Below, piece by piece: positions 36,557 through 48,215 of a stretch of DNA of 64,000 nt; positions within the stretch are counted from its first letter, which is position 1; each line of letters starts with the position of its first letter. The translations under genes were made by a program, and so were the position numbers. A model generated the notes under the pieces. That model was not told the DNA's origin, made no database searches, and saw nothing but the letters and a program-made list of their open reading frames with translations. Where the stretch lies: positions 260,710,001-260,774,000 of the forward strand of contig OZ024740.1 of NCBI GenBank assembly GCA_964016885.1, in the 5' to 3' direction. Source of the DNA: Eledone cirrhosa (lineage: Eukaryota).

Positions 36557-37804
36557 TATATTTGTATATCTGTGTGTGTGTCTGGCTTGTTCGTAGCAGT
36601 AGAATTGTTTGATGGCCAATAAAAGTTCATACCAGTCAATACCATGCAGTTAAAATATAACAACAAATGCATTATAATTTTTGTTTATATATATTATTTT
36701 TTTAAAAATCCACTTTATTTGCTATGACGATTGTTTTACAATTTTAGAAAGTACTGGAAATGATTTAGTACTTAATACATCTATATAAAGAGATATTTCA
36801 CAATATTGTATGTTGTAACATATAATATCTCCAACTGATGGTAGTTAGCACACAATAGTATATAGGATATATCATTTATCAATAACATTAATAAAAAATA
36901 AAACAAACAAAAATTATATAAACACATACATTGGAAGAGATAAGAATGAAAAATATTGTTCTTAGGGCTCAGTATTGAAGAAAGAGGTTTTTCCTTCAGC
37001 ATGGCTTTCTTTTTAGAGAAAGCCAGAAGAATTTGCAGTATTAGACCAAAGACTTAACTATTCAATGTGCTGCAGTCAATTCTGTTAAAAATAAGGTATA
37101 CACATACTTGTTAATTGACTCTTAACATCCTCAAAAAACCTTAATTTTTAATGTAATACAGCCAATGCTGTTTCGTACTTTGCTAATGTGGATTCATATA
37201 ATACAGAAAGTTAAAAATTGAGATTCTATTTGGTTATAACAAATATCCAGTGTTAGAACCATTTGACTAGAGAGACAAAGAGGTTTTATTTGATTTTATC
37301 ACACAATGTTCAGTTTAACCCTTTCATGACTGCATTTCTAATGGAATAGACTCGATTTTAGTAAATCCCTCAAAATTCTTCATAAATTAATTAAAATAAT
37401 TAATTATTTCATTACTAAGACAGTAAGTTACTGTAAGGTTCTTATATAAAATTATGTTGGAAGATTTTAATTCAAATTGGAAACCTTTAAAATGGGTGGT
37501 TTTATTTTATAAAACCAGAGCCGGTTTTGGCTGGGCAACTAAAGGGTAAAAAAACCTGGGGAAAAAACAAAAAACAAAACAAAAAAAAAAAACGTTTGTT
37601 TTAGAGAATTGTGTATATAAATACACTAAACATGCACTAAATAAAGAACTTAACATTGTAAAAGTTGAAATAATATTTATTTAATAAATATTACTAATAG
37701 TGACTGCTTATGTTTGATAGCATTTTGTAAAGCTAGTATTGGAAACATTTGGAACTAGATAGTTGCTATTAATATATATATATATATATATATATTTATG
37801 ATAT

Positions 37805-37965
37805 AAACGAGTTCTACAGGACTATGGCTGTTTCATTTGTAAGAAATCATCAGATTTCTTAGAAATGAAACGGTTCTAGTCCTGTAGAAGCCATTGGTAT
37901 AATAAAATAAATATGCCTATACTCTAACGAATTGAGTACCTATTTTTAACTGTGATCACCTCCAG
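37805..37965. mobile_element. Short Penelope-pLTR-like element with an inverted 5' segment centred on a hammerhead core; same family at 6520-6665 (-) and 63031-63150 (+)
   Basis: Minus strand CTGATGA tttcttacaaat GAAAC agccata GTC ctgtag; plus strand atttcttagaaatGAAACggttctaGTCctgtag...aataaa...ttgagtacct...actgtg. The tail is shared by all three copies. Confidence 0.7.
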
Positions 37966-38289
37966 AGAGAGAGAGAGAGAGAGAGAGCAATAAAGAAACG
38001 AGAAGTTCATAATAATATTGGCCTGAACGAACCAATATGCGATATATATTTGAGGAAACTCAAAGTAGCAATTATTTCTACCTCATTGTAGTTGTATTAA
38101 CACACACACTCCGTAAAAATGGACAGTCCTATCTCCTCAGTCAATATCTGGAAATCACTACAGTTTTGGTGCATTAAGGTTAACAATTATGTTGAATTAT
38201 ATATATGTGTGTGTGCACACACAAACACATGATAGTGCAACTTAAGTTAATTCAATAGACAAAAGAAAAATCCTTATAGTATTTAAACC

Positions 38290-38612
38290 TACAAGCGGCC
38301 GAAATGGTGTTTCCCTCAAAGGATCTTTGTAGTAACATTACTTGATAGAGATCAGAGGGTCACTCCACATAGAGCCGCTACTGCTCCAATTTGAGAAATC
38401 ACAGCGCCGATATGACGGGCATGTGATTAGAATGTTTCATAAAAGAATCCTTGGACAGATTTTATGGGCAAAACCAACTGGCAGGAGACCCAGAGTTAGA
38501 TTCCGAGCAAGATGGTCTCACTTGCAAATGGTTGCTTCTGACAGGACCTGCCGGAAGGAGTGTTTAAGGACTCTGCCCCAATGACCCTCTCAGGAATAAG
38601 TGGGCTGAGAAG
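38290..38612 (+). mobile_element. 3' fragment of an RTE-type LINE
   Basis: EPLLLQFEKSQRRYDGHVIRM...KPTGRRPR. The 3' end ctctcaggaataagtgg is shared with 43040 and 49375. Confidence 0.75.
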
Positions 38613-40164
38613 GTTTTCATAATTTAAATAAATGTTGAAAAGAAAAATTCATAAATTTTCAACCAAAATTTGTAAACAACCAATATATTAGTGACAACGA
38701 ACACTCTAGTGGTAAATGGTAGTACATAGTAATAGAATTGATAGTTGAAGAAACACACCCTTATTACATGGCTTCATGGTTTATAAACACCCCCCCCCCC
38801 CCCCACATCACACACAAACACAAAAGGAAACGTATTCATACAGAAATTAATATAATTTTGAAGAAGATTGTTGTTTTAGCAAAATTTCAGTTTAATCCTA
38901 CGAGAATACCTCACCCCAACATACATTTTCATTTGTTCTGCTTTCTTTCAATGACTTCCTCAAATTCAGTTGAATTCAGAAAAAATATTGTGAAGATTTT
39001 TTTTGTCTTCTGAACGTCAGTAAAGTCAATTCTTGCCGGATCTTCCTATTTTCTCTCCCAAGTTTACAAAAATCAGAGCGTCAAAAGTATTCTGTATTTC
39101 AAGGAGAGAAAAATATAAGAACAAGAAAATAACACTGCACACTTTAGCTTATGTCTACATACAAATAATGTTTACACCTCGAAATACTATAGCTGTGAAC
39201 AACAATACAATGTACCCATAAAGCTGTTCACATCTGGTCAACATTGTACACAACACAGCTATCTAGATGCTATGAATCTGAAACAAGGCAACTTTCAATA
39301 ATAAATAAATATATGTAGACATTACAGATTTCGAAAATAAATAATTTTCAAAAAATGCTTCACAATATTTTATTTTTTACTTACTTTAGATGTTTTCTTC
39401 TTTGGGATTCTTTTCCTGAGCAGAAAGAAGGGGCTCAGAGAAAGACGAAAAAGGTTTAAACGTCCCAAATGAAGAAAAAAAAGGTAAGTGGGGCTATTGT
39501 AGATGAAGTTTATCCTGGATGGTGAGTGAAATGGAATGAAATAAGTGTTCCAATTGTTCAATCATTGAAATTAATGTGCAAGTGACTGAGCATTCCACAG
39601 ACACATGTACCCATAATGTAATTTCGAGAGAGATTCAGGATGACACAGTGTGTGACAAGACTGAGCTATTGCATTACCGATACAATCCATCAGAGAAACT
39701 TCCAAACAGTTTCTGTCAACTCAATTTGTGTCTATCCAGTTTCTTCCATAAGGCAAGAGTCAACATGAAACTATGGAAAATGACATTTGCTCAAGACACC
39801 CTGCAGTGGGATTGAACTCAGGACTTAATTATTGCAAAGTAAACTTAACTGCATTCATAGGATGGTGAGAAGAAGGATAAAAACAGACACTACAATAAAA
39901 CCCACAAGCAAGTAAACAACAAAAATAAAGTAGTAGTAGCCTCATCTAGACTGTTCTCTCTACTCAAAATTTGTATAAAAACCGAAAAAATTGCTGCAGC
40001 ATATATTTTGAGAAAACAACTGAAATTTCCAAACTAAGATGGAAGACACTGAAATATTCTAGAGATTACAAACTTCTATATTCAAAGAGCAATTTATAAA
40101 GTATGAAGCCTGAGATTTTCCTACAAATATTGTTTCATGTCCACATTTCCATGAATTAAAAATA

Positions 40165-40633
40165 CACACATACACATCATATATATATATATATACATAC
40201 ATACACCTTATATATATATATATATATATATACATACACATTATATATATATATATATACATACACATTATATATATATATATATACATACACATTATAT
40301 ATATATATATATACATACACATTATATATATATATATATACATACACATTATATATATATATACATACATTATATATATATATATACATTATATATATAT
40401 ATACACATTATATATATATATATACATTATATATATATATACATTATATATATATATATATACATTATATATATATATATATACATTATATATATATATA
40501 TATACATTATATATATATATATATACATTATATATATATATATATACATTATATATATATATATATACATTATATATATATATATATATACACATTATAT
40601 ATATATATATATACACATTATATATATATATAC

Positions 40634-40672
<39 letters not shown>

Positions 40673-40695
40673 TATATATATATATATATATATAC

Positions 40696-40737
<42 letters not shown>

Positions 40738-41663
40738 ATATACATTATATATATATATATATATATACATTATATATATATATATATACATTATATATAT
40801 ATATATATATACATTATATATATATATATACACACATATATATATATACACATTATATATATATATATATATACATACACATATATATATATACATTATA
40901 TGTGGAGGCACATGGTTTAGTGGTTAGAGCATTGGCCTTGCAATCGAAAGGTTGTGAGTTCAATTCTCAGACCGGGTGATGTGTTGTTTCTTTGAGCAAG
41001 ACACTTTATTTCACATTGCTCCAGTTTACACAGCTGCAGAAATGAGATGATAGGGACTGGGGTTCCTATCATTCCACTGCAAAGTGGTCGTGAAGGTGCC
41101 ACGGCAAAAAAGACCCCAGCACTCACTGTAAGTGAGGTTGGTGTTAGGAAGGGCATCCAGCTGTAGAAATCAAGCCAGTATCAGTTCCCGTCCCACCCTT
41201 GCAAGCAGGGAAAAGTGGACGTAAAATGAAATGATGATGAAATGATGATATATATACACATACACATATATATACATTATATATATATATATATATACAT
41301 ACACACATATATATATATATATACATACACATATATATACATTATATATATATATATATATACATACACACATATATATATATATATACATACACATATA
41401 TATGTACATACACATTATATATATATATATATACATACATTATATATATATTTACATACATTATATATATATTTACATACATATACCTTATATATATATA
41501 TATATATACACATATATATATACATACATTATATATATATACATACACATTATATATATATATATACATACACATTATATATATATATATACATACACAT
41601 TATATATATATACATACACATTATATATATATACATACATACACATTATATATATATATATAT
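40165..41663. repeat. Compound (TA)n/(CATTATATA)n microsatellite containing a SINE (40903-41248)
   Basis: Read directly. Confidence 0.95.
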
Positions 41664-42245
41664 GCTAAGTATTTCTGTAGAAAAGGTAAAGGAAAGAAGA
41701 GTGTTTGATTACATAATAAACAACACAATATATAATTATTTCATTACCAAAGGTTTCAGGAAACTTTACGATCCTTGCAGAAACGTCTAGCTCGATCATC
41801 CGATGAAATAGATATTTAGATAACTATTTCATCTGATGAACGTAAATGCTGATGATGACTCTGAACATTAATCAGTATACACTGAGGATGAAGAACTCAG
41901 AGCTGTATGGGAGCCTCCCAAAGGTCAGCTTGAAAGTAACACAGAGGAGACTGAGGTTAGCTGGACATGCTCACCGATATTCAGAGTTGGCATAGCACTC
42001 AGTGGTCCTGTGGGAGCCCCTACACAGACATGCTAGAAGAGGGAGACCGAGGATGTCATATTGATGCCCTAAGGACAGACACTGGTCTCTGGGAGATGCA
42101 GGACATGGCAGCAATGAGGGACAGAGACCGCTGGTAAGAACTCATCCATGGATCACAGGAATTTTCCCCGCCCTAGTGTATATATATATATACACATATA
42201 TAGATACATATATATATACATACATATATATATATATATATACAC

Positions 42246-42278
<33 letters not shown>

Positions 42279-43034
42279 CATATATACATACATATATATA
42301 TATACACACATATATACATCTCAAATATATACATAATCATCACCATCATCATTTTAATGTCTGCTTTCCCTGCTACCAAGGGTTATATATATATATATAT
42401 ATATTTTTTTTTTTTTCTGTTCATTAAATGTGAATGATATAAAATAATTAAAACTTAAAAGAAACTTTTATTGGAATAAATAAAAGTTATTAAAAAATAA
42501 TTTTAGTGTAGAAATGGGTGGGAAAGGAGTAGAGGTGAGGACAGGATGGGTGGTGGTGGATATATATATAACAATTAAATGATTTATAAATTATAATTGT
42601 TTAATTGTTTCTAATATAGGCAGAAAGTCAGAAACTTGGAGAGATGGGGGTTTAGTTGATTAAATTGAACCCATGTACATCAGTGGTACTTGAGTTATTT
42701 ATTCCAGGGGGTCAATAAAATTAAGTCATTTTGTCCAACACTTTAACAATTCTGCCAACCCTACATCCTTGGCTGGTACTTTATTCTATTCATCCTGCAT
42801 GGATGAACGGCAAAGTTGGCCTCAACAGGATTTAAACTCAGAATGTAAACAACCAGAACAAGGCATTTTGTCCAATGCTTTAACAATCTCCACCAATACT
42901 CCACCTTAGACTGGTATTTTATTTCATCAACTCCAAAAACATGAAAAGCAAAGTTGGTCCGAGCAGGATTTATACACAAGTTATTTTATCCAATGCTCTA
43001 ACGATTTTACCAACCTACCTCTCCTTTTATACTT

Positions 43035-43860
43035 CTTTGTCCACTTATTCCTGAGAGTCATGGGGACAGCATCCTCAAACACTTCCTCCAGCGGGTCTTG
43101 TCAGAAGCAACCGTCTCCAACTGATCCGGCTGGATCGCTAAGCGAAACCAGCCAAGCTCATGGATGTTATCTAACCCTCTTGTTCGGGTTCTACTCCTGG
43201 GTCTTCTGCTGGTTGGTTTTGCCCATAAAATATGTCTAGCAATTTTTTCCTGAGACATTCTAACCATGTGCTCATAGTATCAGAGCTGTGATCTCTCAAT
43301 TCGGAGAAGTAGCAGCTCTACCTGGAGTAACTCTCTGATCTCAGAGCTATGCAATTTATTGAGTAACGTTACTCTAAAGACCTTCCAAGGAACTCCATTT
43401 CAGCCACTTGTATTCGTGATCGTATTCTTTCAGTCATTACCCAAGATTCATAGCCATAGGTTGGCATGAATATCGAATTGAAGATAGCGAGTTTGGCTTT
43501 TACACTTACCTCCCTTCTTCTGAATGCTGAAGCTGGCACATTACTGCACCAGCTCCTGCAATTCTTGTATTTAATTCAGTCTCCTGTCTTCCATCATTTG
43601 TGAACATGGCCCTGAGATACTTGAACTCCATTCACATGTAGAGTGCATTGAGAGGACAAGTGTCAGAGTTTTTGCAGCATTCGGCATCAAACCTATCAAT
43701 TCCAAATTGGAGATCACCTTCTGTCAAGTTAAGTAATATCATGTTGTCTGCAAATTTAAGCCAACTGATTTTACACTTGCCAGTTCTTCTTCTTGGCAGA
43801 GTTGTTCTGCCAGAGAATGTGTCGCATGTGACTGATAGCGACACAGCCATCAGATATGGT
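43035..43860 (-). mobile_element. RTE-type LINE 3' portion
   Basis: LKFADN, EFKYL, PTYGYESWV and MVRMSQEKIARHILWAKPTSRRPRSR. Confidence 0.85.
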
Positions 43861-44552
43861 TAGTTGCAATATTAGTGGGCAGCAGCAGGACAAATAAGTA
43901 ACCCCAGACCAATAGCGGTAAACTACTAGGGGAGATGGAACAATGGGTGACACCTGTAGCTTCCAAGAAAACTCTCACAACCCAGTGATGAAGCTGTAAT
44001 GAAGCAAGTAAAAGCCACCTCTAACAAAGCGTAGTCATTGTGGGTTTGAGAAAGTACCAGTTTGGTAACTGGTGTGAATAAGATCATCAAAACTGCAATA
44101 TGGTGACAGGAATGAAAAAGAACCATACTGCATCGTCCTTTATGTGGGTTAACAAGGGGCGCATTCAGGCCTGTTAAAAAAATATATTGCAATCTCCATT
44201 TCATGCCGTAAAAACTGGCGATGGGCCTGCAACCTGTCTCAGGAGGTGTGGGATGGATGAACAAAGATTGGGATCCCTTTTATACTTGTATATCATAATT
44301 AAGAAGAAAAGAAATAGTGAAACTGAAATAATAAAAACCTCTATCTGTATTAAACACAACACAAAAGAAAATAGGTTGTAATAAAGTAACGGGTCTTAAT
44401 AAAGGAAGGGGAGGATGATTAGTGAATTAATAAGCCTGTAGGGGGAGAAGGCATGAGTGGGAGGAGGAAAGAATGGAGAGACATTGTTTGTTGAAGAATA
44501 CTACTTGGGAAGAGAAACTAAGAAGTTTTTGTGGGGTTCAGTTTGACCATTC

Positions 44553-45675
44553 CTAACTGACCAGCTGGCTCTGAGGATGATCCTCATTGGAACTCATCTG
44601 GTTGAGAAGGCGTCGAATCTGGAATGTTACTTCATTCAGCTGTCTGCCGAGCTCTCGTACCTCTACCAAATGCTGGAGCCTCTGTCTTTCCTGGAAGCAG
44701 GCCAATTCTCGACGAGTGATTTCCATTTGCTCCAGTCGAAGACGAGTTTCTCTCATGCGAGCCCGCAGCCTCTCGTATTCTTTAGGGCCAGTTCGGCGAC
44801 TTACAGAGCGATGGTAAATAGGACCAACGTGGCTGGAGTTGTTATTTGAGTCACTGGTGTTCGTAGAGAGATTATTAACATCAGTAACTGGTGGAGTCAA
44901 TGGCTGTGGGTTGGTGGGGCTGGTACTTGCTCGAAGAGTACGAATCGAAAGACTATTATTATTACTACTACTGTTATTACTACTAAGGCAACTGACAGGA
45001 GATGGATGCGTAGTAGCAGGAATAAATGAACGAAGCACATTCTCTATAGACTCGTCTCTCCAGTGATTCACACGGTTATCAAGTGTTGATAGTTGGCGCT
45101 GAAGTCTAATACCACTAGGAAGAACAGTTCTAACTATGGGTATATCAGTGGAGCTTAAGCCTGGACTAGGTGTGGTGGTTAAAGAAGGGGTCACTTGAGG
45201 TGGTGTTGTGGCTTCAGTCAGTAAATTATGGGAGGACAATAAGGCATCTTTTCTCTCATTGCGAATTCTCTGGAGTACAGAAGCCGCTGAAGATGGTTCC
45301 TTTGGTAAAACCCTCTCGGTTAGTTCAGAACATCTGTCTGGAATATTCAAATTATTGTTATTACTGTCGTTGTTGCACGGCTTACTTATTTTATTAGAAT
45401 TGTCTTCATGATGTAGTTTTTTATTGAGCACGTGACGGTGATTTTGGATGTTTTTCAGTTGGCCCACCCATACACAGGAGCGCAGGAGACATCGCACTTG
45501 TCTGTTGTTGAGGTTATCTGCTATAGCACCACTTGGGAGATAGTAGCCACTCGTTCGGCACACAGGGCATTTGTTGTGGTTCTCAGAATTGCCACTTCCT
45601 GACCAAACAGTCACACACGAACGACAGAACTGATGTTTATTCACACAGTGACATGGATTCTTGCAGATCAGGAAG
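44553..45675 (-). CDS. Large terminal exon of a C3HC4 RING finger protein with a TRAF-type Zn finger, low-complexity linker and C-terminal coiled coil (RNF41/RNF151-like architecture; putative E3 ligase)
   Basis: Acceptor ttttctcattgcag| at 45676/45675 (phase 2). FLICKNPCHCVNKHQFCRSC...KCPVCR, then L.VRC....C.WVGQL....NH..H; TAG at 44553-44555. The exon carrying the first RING Cys residues was not located. Confidence 0.88.
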
Positions 45676-45869
45676 CTGCAATGAGAAAAAATATAAGTAC
45701 ATTAGAAAAAAATAAAACCTATAAAAATAATATATATCCAAGTACTGCAATAGATATTGAAATGTTTTACAGATTAAAATCATTTGATAAGACCCTCTCA
45801 GTTAGTTCAGAACATCTGTCTGTATTAATTCTTAATACCCTGTAATGATTTAGCAGAAAATATCTAAAG

Positions 45870-46082
45870 CAGGTTTGTTAAAGTGATCGGTAGAGCGTCA
45901 GACACCATGCTTTGCAACATAGTTATGGCCCTTTACGATCTGAGTTCAAATCCTGCCGAGGTTAACTTTGCCTTTCATCCTTATGGGGTTGATAAAATAA
46001 AGTACCAGTCACGCACTGGGAGCGATTGAATCAACTTTCCTCTCCCTCAAAATTGCCGACCTTGTGCCTATATAAGAAACTA
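45870..46082 (+). mobile_element. SINE family B full copy
   Basis: cggtagagcgtcagac...tctgagttcaaatcctgccgaggttaactttgcctttcatcc...gataaaataaagtaccagt. Confidence 0.82.
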
Positions 46083-46563
46083 TTATATATATAGTGGTAT
46101 GGGTATGGTATGAACACGTAACTCCTGATGGAGTCGTTGGGACATTATACTAATATACAGCGTTTCTTGGGCATTTTAGGCCTGGTGGAACCCATTCCTC
46201 TCCAGGTCTGAATATAGCAGATTTTTACACAGAAGGATAGAGAGTGAGAGAATGGAAGTGAGAAAGAAATATAGAGGAAGAATCGACCCAAGTACTAGAC
46301 TGGTACATTTTTTATCAAGCTTGAAAGGATTTGAACTCAGAGAGCAGAGAACCAGAACAAATACCAAAAATCATTCCATCTGACGTTCTAACGACTCTGT
46401 TAATTCGCTGCCTAATATATATTTCATCATCATCATCATCATCATCGTTTAACGTCCATTTTCCACGCTAGCATGGATCTTTGCACAAAATTAAACAGAT
46501 ACAACAAAGCAAATGACAATACAATGAAGAAATATATTAGTTTAAGGCTTGATATAGTAAGAA

Positions 46564-46602
46564 AAGAGTCAACGTTTTGGACACTAGTCCTTCATCAGAA
46601 GG
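46564..46602 (-). ncRNA. Hammerhead-ribozyme-like motif (Penelope-pLTR type)
   Basis: Minus strand CTGATGA a GGAC tagt GTCC aAAAC GTT gac: intact CUGAUGA and 4-bp stem II, GAAA mutated to AAAA, stem I not evident. Confidence 0.55.
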
Positions 46603-46729
46603 AATGGAAAAACCATGGGTATTCAGTCAGCCGTTTTGGAGAAATATATATATATATATATATATATCATTGTTTTTATGGCTGCTTTTCCATGTATGTA
46701 TGTGTGTGTATATATATATATATATATAA

Positions 46730-47370
46730 AGACTCCCAAACCAACTATTTTACAGTCAATTGCACACTGGGAAATGCCCTCAGCACAAACCAAGAAAAAA
46801 ATATAAAGATTGCATAAAAACAACCTTAAAGACCTACAGAATGAAGTTAAGAACTGGGAAGTGCTTGCTTTAAAGAGGGTTCAATGGAAGGAAGGCTGTG
46901 AATGTTTGAAGAGAGACGTTTTGACTATGAAAAACTTCAGCTTCGAAAAAGCCATAGTATGAACCTCAATAAGAACATAGGGAGCTGGAGTTGTGAAGTG
47001 TGTGGTCATCTACTGCTCTCTAAATTTTGGTACATCACTCTTTTAAAATCACATAAAAATCCAACTTATGCAGCTCTATCGCTCCAATACTAGGTGAGAC
47101 AACATGAGTGGTGTGCAAACAGATATGCAAATCAAACTCTGGTCTTAAAAGGCATATGAGGGTACATAAAGATGACATTCCACTAACTGACCCAATCAAT
47201 CCAATAGAGGGCATATCTTTTGTCTGTCACATTTGCTGCAGACAGTGCAAATCTCAAGCTGGACTTAAAAGCCACCTAAGAGGCCATGAATGGACATTTG
47301 GAGTTGGTGATGGTTGATGGAGGTGCATAAGGAAATGACAATCATCTGCAAAAATGAAGCAATCACCATA
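46730..47370 (+). mobile_element. 3' end of an RTE LINE with C-terminal C2H2 zinc fingers; related fragment at 50345-50550
   Basis: PNQLFYSQLHTGK...KYKDCIKNNLK, then CEVC, CKQICKSNSGLKRHMRVH and CHICCRQCKSQAGLKSHLRGH. Confidence 0.75.
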
Positions 47371-47568
47371 TATAAATCATCATCATCATCATAACTGTTT
47401 AACGTCTGTTTTTCATGCTAGCATGGGTGGGATGGGTTGTCCAGTTTGAGACAAGTTGGGTCAGGTGACCATGTCTTGCTCATATAGAATTGTTTCTGGC
47501 TGGATTTCTATGGATGGATGCCCTTCCTAATGCCAACCACATTTACAGTGTGTTAGTGTGTGTACGTT

Positions 47569-47621
<53 letters not shown>

Positions 47622-47819
47622 GCACACATGCATATATGATTGACTACATTCTACTTTCAAATTTTTCTGACTCTCTCCTTCTCTCTCTGTGAGAGAGAGA
47701 GAGTGATTGAAAGAGGGCGAGATTGGCACTATTTAACCTCGAAATATCACTATATATACAGCAATATAGAGATTTATTAAGTAAACTACAACAGCTGGTT
47801 TTATGAACTTTTATAGAAC

Positions 47820-48215
47820 CTGGTGGTGGTAGGGATAGGGTTAGTAGTAATTATAGTAGTAGTGGTGGTGTTTGTTATAGTAGAAGTGGTAGTGGTTGTT
47901 GTAGTGTTGGGGGTGACTGTAGTAGTAGCAGAAGTGGTGGTGTTGGTTATAGTATAAGTGGTAGTGGTTGTTGTAGTGTTGGGGGTGACTGTAGTAGTAG
48001 CAGAAGTGGTGGTGTTGGTTGTAGTATAAGTGGTAGTGGTTGTTGTAGTGTTGGGGGTGACTGTAGTAGTAGCAGAAGTGGTGGTGTTGGTTATAGTATA
48101 AGTGGTAGTGGTTGTAGTAGTAGCAGTAGTGGTGGTGTTGGTGGTGATTGTGGTAGTAGCAGTGGTGGTGGTGTTGGTTATAGTAGTGTTGTGGTGACTG
48201 TAGTAGTGGTTGTAT
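47820..48215. repeat. GTA/GTG-rich low-complexity tract with a 72-bp higher-order repeat (~3 copies)
   Basis: gtagtgttgggggtgact recurs at 47901, 47973 and 48045. Confidence 0.9.

Noticed and set aside
40059-42427. Tyr/Ile-rich ORFs (also at 4285-4827, 9624-9898, 53031-53313 and 61138-63996)
   Set aside because: Translations of (TA)n/(CATA)n microsatellites.
47108-47317. Host C2H2 zinc-finger gene
   Set aside because: The fingers directly follow a decayed RTE C-terminal region, lack TGEKP linkers, and match the terminal fingers of RTE ORFs.
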